NCBI GenBank assembly: GCA_039199965.1
Contig: JBCCSO010000001.1
Span: 2,191-66,190 of the forward strand
DNA from: Chloroflexota bacterium
GTDB taxonomy: Bacteria; Chloroflexota; Anaerolineae; Promineifilales; Promineifilaceae
DNA: 64,000 bases
Direction of reading: 5' to 3'
The notes beneath the pieces are model-generated. The model saw only the letters and a program-made list of their open reading frames with translations, ran no database searches and was not told the DNA's origin. Shown one piece after another: positions 55,235 through 63,603 of the stretch. The translations under genes and the position numbers were made by a program. The first letter of the stretch is position 1, and each line of letters starts with the position of its first letter.

Positions 55235-56506
55235 TTAGAGTTTATATGTTGGGAATTTTACAACAAGCTCATGCACCACTTGTTTTGCTTCCGCAATCGC
55301 AGCTGGGTCCGGCTCATACCCATCGGCCGAAAACCAAATATCTGCTAGCAAATTGCCTATTTGCGCCATCTCAGCCTCTCCCATACCACGAGTAGTGGCG
55401 GCCGACACGCCCAATCGTACCCCGCGCCATTTTTTAATGCTCACCGGATCACCCGGCAAAGCGTTTTTGTTACACGTCAGCCCTGCATGTTCAATCACTT
55501 TTTCCGCCTGATCTCCAGTTAGTCCGGCCGGGGCCACATCGGCCAGCATCAAGTGATTATCGGTGCCGCCGCTCATAATCCCGATCCCTCGATCGATGAG
55601 CACTTCTGCCAGCGTGCGGGCATTATCCACTACCTTGTGTGCCCAAGTTTTAAACTCCGGCCGCATCGCTTCACCCAAGCAAACCGCTTTGGCCGCGATC
55701 ACGTTCAGGTGAATGCTCCCTTGAGAGCCGGGAAAAACGGCTGAATTGAGTTTCTTCTTCCATGATCGGTCTCTAGTCAAAATAACGCCACCCCGAGGTC
55801 CACGCAGCGTTTTGGTCGTTGTACAAGTCACAATATCTGCATGGTCTATAGGGGATGGATGCGCACCCCCTGCCACTAACCCGGCGATATGCGCCATGTC
55901 TACCAAGAACGTGGCATTTACGCTCTTGGCGATCTCACTCATTTGCTCAAAATCAATCACACGCGGATAGGCCGAGCCACCAGCAATAATCAGCTTCGGC
56001 CGATGCTCGTGTGCCAGCTGCGCCATCTCATCGTAATTGATCTGGCCTGTCTCTGCATGAACCCCATACGAGACGACATTGAACCATTTTCCAGACAAAT
56101 TGGGGGGTGCCCCGTGGCTCAAATGCCCTCCGGCCGCCAATGACATACTTAACACCGTATCACCCGGTTGGAGAAGCGCAGTGAAAACAGAAAGGTTTGC
56201 TTGTGAACCCGAATGCGGCTGGACGTTGGCGTATGCAGCCCCAAATAATTCACAAGCACGATCAATGGCTAACTGCTCCACCTCATCAATTATTTTCGCT
56301 CCACCGTGAAAACGGTTACCAGGGTAACCTTCAACCGTTTTGTTGGTGATTTTTGCCCCAAGTGCATTCATCACCGCTTGGCTCACAATATTTTCCGAAG
56401 CGATTAGTTCAATTTGATCAATTTGCCGCTGTGCTTCGCGGTGCAAAATATCAGCCACGGTCGGGTCTGATTGGGCAATTGGTTGGTTAAAGAACAATGA
56501 ATCCAT
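55235..56506 (-). CDS. glyA: Serine hydroxymethyltransferase
   Basis: Conserved blocks ELIASEN, YPG.R.HGG and the PLP-lysine TTTKTLRGPRGG are present. The probable start is MDSLFFNQPIAQSDP (56506); the track starts 22 codons earlier. Confidence 0.9.
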   Translation of the reverse strand: MDSLFFNQPIAQSDPTVADILHREAQRQIDQIELIASENIVSQAVMNALGAKITNKTVEGYPGNRFHGGAKIIDEVEQLAIDRACELFGAAYANVQPHSGSQANLSVFTALLQPGDTVLSMSLAAGGHLSHGAPPNLSGKWFNVVSYGVHAETGQINYDEMAQLAHEHRPKLIIAGGSAYPRVIDFEQMSEIAKSVNATFLVDMAHIAGLVAGGAHPSPIDHADIVTCTTTKTLRGPRGGVILTRDRSWKKKLNSAVFPGSQGSIHLNVIAAKAVCLGEAMRPEFKTWAHKVVDNARTLAEVLIDRGIGIMSGGTDNHLMLADVAPAGLTGDQAEKVIEHAGLTCNKNALPGDPVSIKKWRGVRLGVSAATTRGMGEAEMAQIGNLLADIWFSADGYEPDPAAIAEAKQVVHELVVKFPTYKL

Positions 56507-56601
56507 AGGTCTATTTTGACTCAAATAATAATTGTATGGTGATGATGGTACGGCAACTAAAAAATGATGCAAGCGTAAGGCGAACGAAGTACACTCATCA
56601 C

Positions 56602-57771
56602 ATGCGCCGATTTATCGAACCTTTATCGCTAACGCTGGGTGGCCTGCTTGTGGGATGGCTTCTGCTTGAAATAATTCTGCGCTGGACGGCCACCGCACTG
56701 CCGTACACCATTACGGCCCCCATGCGGGACGTCAATCGGCATCCGTTTACGGCTGCTACTATCCTGCCGGAGCAAATTTGGATTGACGATGATAGCTATC
56801 AGTTGATCACGCCACCCGGCATCGATAATGAATTTCAGTATCCTGATCCGCGCATCGGCTTAAATGTTTCAACTCAAAATTGGCTAGATCCCAATTCACA
56901 GGTCGGTTTTCGCGTTCCCAGCATTGATTGGGAGCCGATTTGGCCAGTTGATGTTGTGGTGGTTGGAGATTCATTTAGCTTTTGCTATGTTGAATACGCT
57001 GACTGCTGGGTTGATTTATTGGCCTCAAAACACAATTACAGCATGGTTAATTTGGGGTTGGTAGCCACAGGCTCAATCAGCCATCAGAATGTATTAAATA
57101 CCTTTGGGTTGCCTCATGATCCTCAACTAGTTATATGGCAGTGGTACGGCAATGACTTTAATGACGATTATGGGTTTACAACTTTGTATGGGGAGAACGC
57201 TGAAGAAAGAAAAGGAGAAGACAGCGTTCCACCGGGATGGCTCAGAAGAAATTCGGCCGTTGCTAGTATTGTGCACGCCATCTCACAGTCAAGACAGGGG
57301 TCGCAGCAGTTTACTCGTTTCATCGACCCCTATATGGTGAATATCGGGAATGAAAACATCTGGTTCGGCCGACCCTACATCCAAGAGGCGTTTAGTTTGC
57401 AAGAGGCCAAAAACCAGCAGGGGTTCGCGCTGAGCCAAAAGGCGATTCTGGATACGCAAACGAGGCTGGCAAGCAAAGGTGTTGAGCTAGTTGTCCTATT
57501 AATCCCTTCAAAAGAAGAGGTCTATGAAACATGGACGGCCGATGAAATGGGTCCAGATCTTCTAGATGAGATTGCACAAGGGCGACAAGAAATGCTTTTG
57601 TTTTGTGAGTCTAACAGCCTAACCTGCCTCGACACAACATCTACATTAAAAGATCAGGCCAATGTGGGGAACCTTGTTTACCACGCCCAAGATACCCATC
57701 TTAATAAGTTGGGCAATCAAGTACTTGCTGAGTTCGTGAAAAAGAATCTAGACAGCATGCTGACCAAATAA
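56602..57771 (+). CDS. Membrane-anchored SGNH/GDSL-like hydrolase
   Basis: The N-terminal TM is LSLTLGGLLVGWLLLEIIL. Block I is VVVGDSFSF, block III is GNDFND and block V is DTHLN. The start could instead be 56536, as in the track. Confidence 0.55.
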   Translation: MRRFIEPLSLTLGGLLVGWLLLEIILRWTATALPYTITAPMRDVNRHPFTAATILPEQIWIDDDSYQLITPPGIDNEFQYPDPRIGLNVSTQNWLDPNSQVGFRVPSIDWEPIWPVDVVVVGDSFSFCYVEYADCWVDLLASKHNYSMVNLGLVATGSISHQNVLNTFGLPHDPQLVIWQWYGNDFNDDYGFTTLYGENAEERKGEDSVPPGWLRRNSAVASIVHAISQSRQGSQQFTRFIDPYMVNIGNENIWFGRPYIQEAFSLQEAKNQQGFALSQKAILDTQTRLASKGVELVVLLIPSKEEVYETWTADEMGPDLLDEIAQGRQEMLLFCESNSLTCLDTTSTLKDQANVGNLVYHAQDTHLNKLGNQVLAEFVKKNLDSMLTK

Positions 57772-57800
57772 AAAAGCTTGGTAGGGTACCAAGCTTTTTA
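57772..57800 (+). terminator. Intrinsic terminator after the SGNH hydrolase gene
   Basis: AAGCTTGGTA-GGG-TACCAAGCTT followed by TTTTT. It begins right after the stop codon. Confidence 0.8.
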
Positions 57801-57923
57801 AAACAATAAAACTTACGCAAAACGATTCATAGGGGCCCCTCGTGGGTGCCAAAGTGCCCATAAAGGGCACCTACAAAAATCGATTTGACTGCGTAATTCC
57901 TAAACAATTTGATCGATTAAGTC

Positions 57924-58658
57924 TTATGAGTCAGGATTGCGGCCATCTTCTCGACCGTCACCCGGCCGTGGTGTAACCATTTCACCTTCAGATCCACCAA
58001 TTGGTGGCTGGAGTCTAGCACCCGGCAAAGGAATCTGAGGCTCAGGTATAACAATCTGCCCCCCATCGCCGTCAGGCACAGTTATCTGGGAACCACTATT
58101 TATCGATTCGCCAGCCAGATCCTCATCACTTTCACTTACTCCCTCCTCCACTTGGCCAGAAATTGGCTCAGAAGCTGTACCTTCATTGGTGATGCGAGTT
58201 GGTGTAATCGATGCGGCTGGCTCAATTTCTTCCATCACTTCTGTAGAAATATTTTCTTCATTTTGCTCTGGCCCATCTTGTACCGGTTCTAAAACACCAT
58301 CAGTACCCTTTTCTTCACCGCTAGCCCCTTGTGGAATAGCTGGAGCCTCAATGCCATTACTCTGCCCCCGAGATGTCAGAACTGTTGAAAGGACCGCAAA
58401 AATTAGCAGAGCCGGAACCGCAAGGCCAAGCAGCCGCCCCAAATTGACAAGCCGCTTCTCACGCTTTTTTTGACTAAGCTGGCCCGCTTCTTCAAGCATC
58501 AATCTTTGCGATTTGGATCGTGCCGATATGCTTGGATGAGGTTGATTGTTTTTTAAAGAGCGCACGATCCGAAGGTAGTTATCAAGATCACCATCGTCTG
58601 ACGATTCTCCTCGTTCAAAATCGTTAACAAGTTTGTCAAATTTTTCAAAGTCTTCCAT
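57924..58658 (-). CDS. Putative anti-sigma factor (single-pass membrane protein)
   Basis: It lies directly downstream of the sigma factor gene with a 12-nt gap. The N-terminus is short and cytoplasmic. There is one TM helix (LLGLAVPALLIFAVLSTVL). The extracytoplasmic tail is low-complexity and rich in E/G/P. Confidence 0.5.
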   Translation of the reverse strand: MEDFEKFDKLVNDFERGESSDDGDLDNYLRIVRSLKNNQPHPSISARSKSQRLMLEEAGQLSQKKREKRLVNLGRLLGLAVPALLIFAVLSTVLTSRGQSNGIEAPAIPQGASGEEKGTDGVLEPVQDGPEQNEENISTEVMEEIEPAASITPTRITNEGTASEPISGQVEEGVSESDEDLAGESINSGSQITVPDGDGGQIVIPEPQIPLPGARLQPPIGGSEGEMVTPRPGDGREDGRNPDS

Positions 58659-58670
58659 GGTCGAAACCTT

Positions 58671-59288
58671 CTAACCTCGTTCAATTCCCATCAATTCTGC
58701 TAATTTCCGAATTCCCCTAAACTGGATTTGCCTAACCGCTGTTTCACTTTTGCCTATGGTGGATGCTACTTCAGCGACGCTCATCTCAAAAGCAAATCTC
58801 AAAGAAATGACGTTTTGTTGATCCTCGGCAAGCTGGCTCATGGCTTGCTTTAATTCTTTATTGCTGATCATCCCATCAATAATTTCTTCAGGTGATTTAT
58901 CATTAGAAGGTTCGGACTCTGTTAAGCCAGAGTAAGACCGTCTATATTTTTTGCGGTAGTAATCATTGACAATGTTTGAGGCAACACGATACAGCCATCC
59001 CTTCAAACTATTTGATGGTGCTGATCTTTGTCGGATGGCATGGATAAAGCGTACAAACACATCGGAAGCAAAGTCTTCTGCCAACTCTAAAGAGTCTACT
59101 TTCGAAGCTATATAGCGAAAAACAGGTGTATAAAATCGATTGTGAATTTCTACAAGAGCTCCCTCATCTAGCTTCTCGGCCGCTCGTAACAGCATTAGCT
59201 CTGACATTAACTCGTAATTGTGTGGTTTTTCCACCAAGCTTTCGTTCTTTTGCTTATCGACCATAAAGGGCAAATTCAGAGTACTCAT
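58671..59288 (-). CDS. Sigma-70-family (ECF-like) RNA polymerase sigma factor
   Basis: 205 aa. Region 2 is FYTPVFRYIASKV...DVFVRF. The region 4 HTH is ISLRFAFEMSVAEVASTIGKSETAVRQIQFRGIRKL. Confidence 0.8.
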   Translation of the reverse strand: MSTLNLPFMVDKQKNESLVEKPHNYELMSELMLLRAAEKLDEGALVEIHNRFYTPVFRYIASKVDSLELAEDFASDVFVRFIHAIRQRSAPSNSLKGWLYRVASNIVNDYYRKKYRRSYSGLTESEPSNDKSPEEIIDGMISNKELKQAMSQLAEDQQNVISLRFAFEMSVAEVASTIGKSETAVRQIQFRGIRKLAELMGIERG

Positions 59289-59407
59289 AATTTGTATTCC
59301 ATCTAGTGTTTGACCAGACGAAAGATTTCTGATCCTAAATCAAGACAAACACGATAAGCTTCGCCAGTTGCAAAAAGCGCCAATAAATTGACCGGAGAAG
59401 CACTAGT

Positions 59408-59501
59408 GCTACGTCAAGGATGGATGGATGGAAACTCTTGACGTAGCCTACAGTGGTTTGTCTTGCCGATATTTCCATCACGTCATGATTGACAAACCAC
59501 T
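59408..59501. repeat. Two adjacent perfect 11-bp inverted repeats
   Basis: The first is GCTACGTCAAG (59408..59418) with CTTGACGTAGC (59437..59447). Its 18-nt spacer begins with three tandem GATG copies (59419..59430). The second is AGTGGTTTGTC (59452..59462) with GACAAACCACT (59491..59501), followed by AGTTTTTGG. Confidence 0.85.
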
Positions 59502-59622
59502 AGTTTTTGGCCATACAAACAAAAAGTCGCTGAAAAAACGGTTTTGTTACACTCAACATTCTATTTTACAAAAGCAAAAAGGCCGAACAAATCCAAAAAG
59601 ATTAAGAGGGCACAATCATGTG

Positions 59623-59768
59623 TAACCCGAGTTGCACCTAACTCTTGATTTCGAAAAGTTTTGTGCAAAGTGCGGGGCACTCCCGAGAAAGAACGACTAT
59701 TTCGAAGGTATTTACTGAGGAGTGCCCCGCACTTCTGAGGATCAACTTGTAGGTGGCAACTTGAGTTA
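59623..59768. other. 146-nt two-tier extended hairpin (candidate structured RNA or miniature inverted-repeat element)
   Basis: The outer stem pairs TAACCCGAGTTGCACCTA (59623..59640) with TAGGTGGCAACTTGAGTTA (59750..59768); it has 1 mismatch, 1 G-U pair and 1 bulge. The inner perfect 16-bp stem pairs AAGTGCGGGGCACTCC (59668..59683) with GGAGTGCCCCGCACTT (59719..59734). The terminal loop is 35 nt. The internal loop is asymmetric, 27 nt on one side and 15 nt on the other. Confidence 0.8.
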
Positions 59769-60495
59769 TGTCATCAATTGTTTATTTACACTCACAGATA
59801 AATAATCGAATCATGTCGATGAGCTAAAAACTATTCCACAAGTGAAGATGAATGCCATGACGAGATGTGACATTACTGGTTTATCCTGTTTCTTATGGTT
59901 ACCAATTGCGTTCGTACATTTGTCAAACATCGTTTCCAAGTGCTTAGTCAAACTTTTGTCAAACAAACAGTGCCGCCTTAGTGGTTGAAGGATTGTTGAA
60001 AGTGCAAAAACAAATTTCAAGAGGTTAAGTCAATTGTTAACCTTGCACAAAAACTGAGTGTTTCAGTTGTAAGATTTAAATTAACAGTGATCATTGCGGA
60101 CTTAAATCACTGTACTAGAATACACAATGTAAGTGTGAAACCGTATCTAGTTTGAGTAATAGAAGAGGCGAATTTAACCCCGCAATTCATCCAGAAGTAA
60201 TCAAAGCGGACTCTCAGTTCTTAAGGAATGCAGAACAAGCACGCTGTAACCAGCTTCCTTTTAAAAATTGAGTTTATCCCTCTCTCAATTGCCTAACTCA
60301 AGACGGAGAAACCTACCATCCAAGTAAAAATTTTGAATTAGACGCCTATCTACAACTTCTGTTCAATGGTTATGCATAGACCAATCAATAGAAGCACTTG
60401 TTTACGCTGTAAATTTGCCGATTTCACAATCAGCAATGTTTAAAACTTTAATATTTCGTTCATATGTTACTTACCATTAGGAGGTCAAATAAAAC

Positions 60496-62025
60496 ATGAA
60501 CACAAACGGCACTGCTACTGCTACCATGCCACAGGTAGAACTCCCGGCTTTCAAAGACCAGTATGAAAATTTTATTGGTGGAGAGTGGGTCGCACCATCT
60601 CAAGGAAAATACTTTGATAATGTTTCCCCTGTAGACGGACAGGTATTTACTAAAATCCCACGCTCTACAGCCGAAGATATCGACATGGCAATTGATGCAG
60701 CATGGGCTGCTGCACCCAGTTGGAACAACAGCTCAGCAGCAGAAAGAAGCAACATGCTCCTAAAGATCGCTGATGTCATGGAAGCTAACTTGGAGACGCT
60801 GGCTAAAGTTGAAACATGGGATAACGGCAAGTCAATTCGTGAAACCAAAGCGGCCGACCTGCCTTTAGCTATCGACCATTTTCGTTACTTTGCTGGCGTT
60901 ATCCGCGCGGAAGAAGGGACTGTAAGTGAACTAGACGCTTCTACTGTATCAATGAATATCTTGGAACCACTTGGTGTTGTAGGGCAAATCATTCCATGGA
61001 ACTTCCCTATTTTAATGGCCGCATGGAAGGTTGCTCCTGCTCTAGCGGCAGGGAACTGTGTCGTCCTCAAACCGGCTGAACAAACCCCACTGGGTATCTT
61101 GGTCCTAATGGAAATGATTCAAGACATCGTTCCAAAAGGTGTGTTAAACGTCGTAAACGGGTTTGGCCTTGAGGCCGGTAAACCACTGGCATCTAGCCCG
61201 CGCATTAAAAAAGTAGCATTCACCGGTGAAACCACAACCGGTCAGCTTATTATGCAGTATGCATCAAAGAACATTATTCCTGTTACGCTTGAGCTGGGTG
61301 GAAAATCTCCAAACGTATTTTTCGAATCCATCATGGATGCGGATGACGAATTTTTTGACAAATGCCTAGAAGGTGCAGTGATGTTTGCCCTCAACCAAGG
61401 TGAGGTTTGCACCTGCCCATCTCGCATTCTGGTTCAGGAAAGCATCGCAGACGCATTTATTGAGCGCGTAGTTGAAAGAACCAAGGCCATCAAACTGGGT
61501 CACCCAATGGATGACTCAACGATGATGGGGGCTCAAGCCTCTAATGACCAGTATGAGAAAATCCTAAGCTACATCAATATCGGCAAAGAAGAAGGTGCAG
61601 AAGTCTTAACCGGTGGTGGCGCAACAGAGATGGCTGGCCTTGATGGCGGTTTCTATGTTCAACCTACCATTTTGAAAGGACACAACAAGATGCGTGTCTT
61701 CCAAGAAGAAATTTTTGGACCGGTCGTTTGCATCACAACCTTTAAAGATGAAGCTGAGGCGATTGAAATTGCAAATGACACGCTCTACGGTTTGGGTGCA
61801 GGTGTATGGACTCGTGACACTCATCAGGCTTACAAAGTCTCAAGAGCTATTCAAGCCGGCCGTGTGTGGGTGAACTGCTATCACCTATACCCAGCCCATG
61901 CACCATTCGGTGGCTATAAAAAATCAGGTATCGGCCGTGAGACGCACAAGATGATGCTTAATCACTACCGCCAGACCAAGAACATGCTGATTTCTTACGA
62001 CAAGAACGCAATGGGCTTCTTCTAG
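60496..62025 (+). CDS. NAD(P)-dependent aldehyde dehydrogenase, AcoD/AldB-like
   Basis: 509 aa with AGGAGG 8 nt upstream. The catalytic Glu block is ELGGKSP. The catalytic Cys block [11 protein letters not shown] is typical of acetaldehyde dehydrogenase II-type enzymes. Confidence 0.9.
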   Translation: MNTNGTATATMPQVELPAFKDQYENFIGGEWVAPSQGKYFDNVSPVDGQVFTKIPRSTAEDIDMAIDAAWAAAPSWNNSSAAERSNMLLKIADVMEANLETLAKVETWDNGKSIRETKAADLPLAIDHFRYFAGVIRAEEGTVSELDASTVSMNILEPLGVVGQIIPWNFPILMAAWKVAPALAAGNCVVLKPAEQTPLGILVLMEMIQDIVPKGVLNVVNGFGLEAGKPLASSPRIKKVAFTGETTTGQLIMQYASKNIIPVTLELGGKSPNVFFESIMDADDEFFDKCLEGAVMFALNQGEVCTCPSRILVQESIADAFIERVVERTKAIKLGHPMDDSTMMGAQASNDQYEKILSYINIGKEEGAEVLTGGGATEMAGLDGGFYVQPTILKGHNKMRVFQEEIFGPVVCITTFKDEAEAIEIANDTLYGLGAGVWTRDTHQAYKVSRAIQAGRVWVNCYHLYPAHAPFGGYKKSGIGRETHKMMLNHYRQTKNMLISYDKNAMGFF

Positions 62026-62106
62026 ACAGGTCGCGTTTAGAATTTGACTCACAGCCGTTTTGCAATTGTTCAGTTTGCAGAACGGATCATATTAAGTCAA
62101 AACATA

Positions 62107-62148
62107 AAAGGATGCTTATGGTTGCTTGACAAGGAGCATCCTTTTTTC
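62107..62148 (+). terminator. Intrinsic terminator after the aldehyde dehydrogenase gene
   Basis: The stem is AGGATGCT...AGCATCCT (62109..62116 with 62135..62142), followed by TTTTTT. Confidence 0.65.
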
Positions 62149-62194
62149 TAAGTTTAAATCCTGAGCTTGGAGATTACTCCTTTCCAAAAAAATT

Positions 62195-62242
62195 TAGTAA
62201 AACTTGAGAGAAATACCCTAGTAAAACTTGAGAGAAATACCC
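62195..62242 (+). repeat. Perfect 24-bp tandem duplication ending 1 nt before the DUF779 start codon
   Basis: TAGTAAAACTTGAGAGAAATACCC occurs at 62195..62218 and again at 62219..62242. Then comes C and the ATG (62244). Confidence 0.95.
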
Positions 62243-62243
62243 C

Positions 62244-62642
62244 ATGAATACAGCAACAGATTCTACCCAACTAACAGAGCGTGTCCTCGTAACCGATGAA
62301 GCGATTAAAATTATCGATCAGCTTAAAGCTGAGCACGGAGAGCTTATGTTTCATCAAAGCGGTGGCTGCTGCGATGGGTCCTCACCGATGTGCTTTCCCG
62401 ATGGGGAGTTGATGATCAACGAGACGGATGTTTGGCTAGGCAGCATCCACGGATGCAATTTTTACATGTCTCACGATCAGTTTGATTATTGGAAGCACAC
62501 TCAACTAACAGTTGATGTGGTTAAGGGGCGTGGCGCGAGTTTCTCGCTTGAGATCCCTCTAGGTATTCGCTTCCTTATAAAATCAAAAATGTTTACTGAG
62601 GATGAGGCGAAAAATCTTGTACCTATCAGATATGGAGAATAG
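62244..62642 (+). CDS. DUF779-family protein (commonly encoded next to AcoD-type aldehyde dehydrogenases)
   Basis: 132 aa. The FHQSGGCCDGSSPMCF block is characteristic of DUF779. It is positioned directly downstream of the aldehyde dehydrogenase. Confidence 0.7.
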   Translation: MNTATDSTQLTERVLVTDEAIKIIDQLKAEHGELMFHQSGGCCDGSSPMCFPDGELMINETDVWLGSIHGCNFYMSHDQFDYWKHTQLTVDVVKGRGASFSLEIPLGIRFLIKSKMFTEDEAKNLVPIRYGE

Positions 62643-62733
62643 CGACACCATAGCTTCAAAAATTTATGCCATAAAAAAGGGAGATGGCCAAACGATGACC
62701 ATCTCCCTTTTTGGTTTCTAACTAGATAGATCT

Positions 62734-63585
62734 TTAGGCGCGATCTACCGCTTTCTTGATTGCGCGCTTAACAAAAACAGACGCCATTTCTCTGCGATAG
62801 TCGGCACTCGCATGAATATCGCTCATGATATCATCGCCTAAATCTGAGACAACAGCAGCAGCGGCCGCTTCAATATTCTCATCTGTCATCTCTTTACCAG
62901 CAAGGGCGGCTTCAACAGAGTCACAGCGCTGAGCTGCTGGCACTAATCCACCTATTGCAACAGATGCTGACTCGCAAGTGCTGCCATTCATCTTCACAGA
63001 TACAGCCGCACCCACAATTGCATAGCGCGATGCCGGATTAAACAACTTTGAATAAGCTGTTCCGGTTCCGCTGGATTTAGCCGGAACACTAACACCTGTT
63101 AGCAGTTCGTCTTCATCCATTGCAGTTTCAAATAGACCGGTGAAGAAGTCATCGGCCGATACATTTCGGCTACCACCTTCTCCAGTCACTTCCATCGTTG
63201 CGCCCAGAGCGGTCAAGACCGTTGGCAAGTCAGAAGCAGGATCAGCATGGGCGATATTCCCACCAACTGTTCCGCGATTGCGTACCATCGGGTCACCGAT
63301 CCAGCTTGCTGCTTCCGGCAGAGCGTCGGGCAGAGTGTCTGAGCCTTCAACCATTGCGTGGGTGGTCAATGATCCAATTTTGATCGAACCATTATTTTGG
63401 TTAATGCCTCTCAGGTCGTCAATCCGGCCGATGTCAACAATGCACCCGGGGTCAGCCAAGCGCAGCTTCATGACAGGAATCAGGCTGTGACCGCCTGCCA
63501 TAAACTTTCCGTCGTGTTCTTTTCTAAGCGCAATCGCCTCTTGAACGGACGAAGCGCGGTGATAATCAAATTTTGGTGGATACAT
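62734..63585 (-). CDS. FAD-binding medium subunit of a second xanthine-dehydrogenase/CODH-family enzyme (CoxM paralogue)
   Basis: 283 aa containing MAGGHSLIP and GTVGGNIAHADPASDLP. The architecture matches that of coxM at 48782. Confidence 0.8.
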   Translation of the reverse strand: MYPPKFDYHRASSVQEAIALRKEHDGKFMAGGHSLIPVMKLRLADPGCIVDIGRIDDLRGINQNNGSIKIGSLTTHAMVEGSDTLPDALPEAASWIGDPMVRNRGTVGGNIAHADPASDLPTVLTALGATMEVTGEGGSRNVSADDFFTGLFETAMDEDELLTGVSVPAKSSGTGTAYSKLFNPASRYAIVGAAVSVKMNGSTCESASVAIGGLVPAAQRCDSVEAALAGKEMTDENIEAAAAAVVSDLGDDIMSDIHASADYRREMASVFVKRAIKKAVDRA

Positions 63586-63603
63586 TAAATTTCCTCCTGA
63601 ACC

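Noticed and set aside
59289-59420. Autoregulatory copy of the GAAA-N16-CGTT motif upstream of the ECF-like sigma gene
   Set aside because: On the minus strand the best candidates are TGCAAC-N13-CGTG and GAAA-N5-CGTC, and both have the wrong spacing. A link between this sigma factor and the duplicated leader elements is therefore unsupported.
59428-60020. Track ORFs 59428..59625 (+) and 59811..60020 (-) as small proteins in the 1.2-kb gap
   Set aside because: Neither has a ribosome-binding site or a motif. The first begins inside the GATG run in the spacer of the first inverted repeat and runs through the second inverted repeat. The composition looks non-coding. I cannot exclude a small protein without ribosome profiling.
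60000-60495. Sigma-54 (TGGCAC-N5-TTGC) promoter upstream of the AcoD-type aldehyde dehydrogenase, as in acetoin/ethanol regulons
   Set aside because: I could not find a -24/-12 match by eye in the 500 bp upstream. No enhancer-binding protein gene is nearby.
27452-60495. Housekeeping RNAs (RNase P, tmRNA, SRP RNA) or known riboswitches in the long intergenic regions
   Set aside because: I saw no GGAAAGTCCGGGC-type RNase P core, no tmRNA tRNA-like end and no SRP domain IV motif. I also saw no recognisable SAM, THF, glycine or cobalamin riboswitch cores upstream of mmuM, glyA or the panB-like gene. This was visual inspection only, so a covariance-model scan is still warranted.
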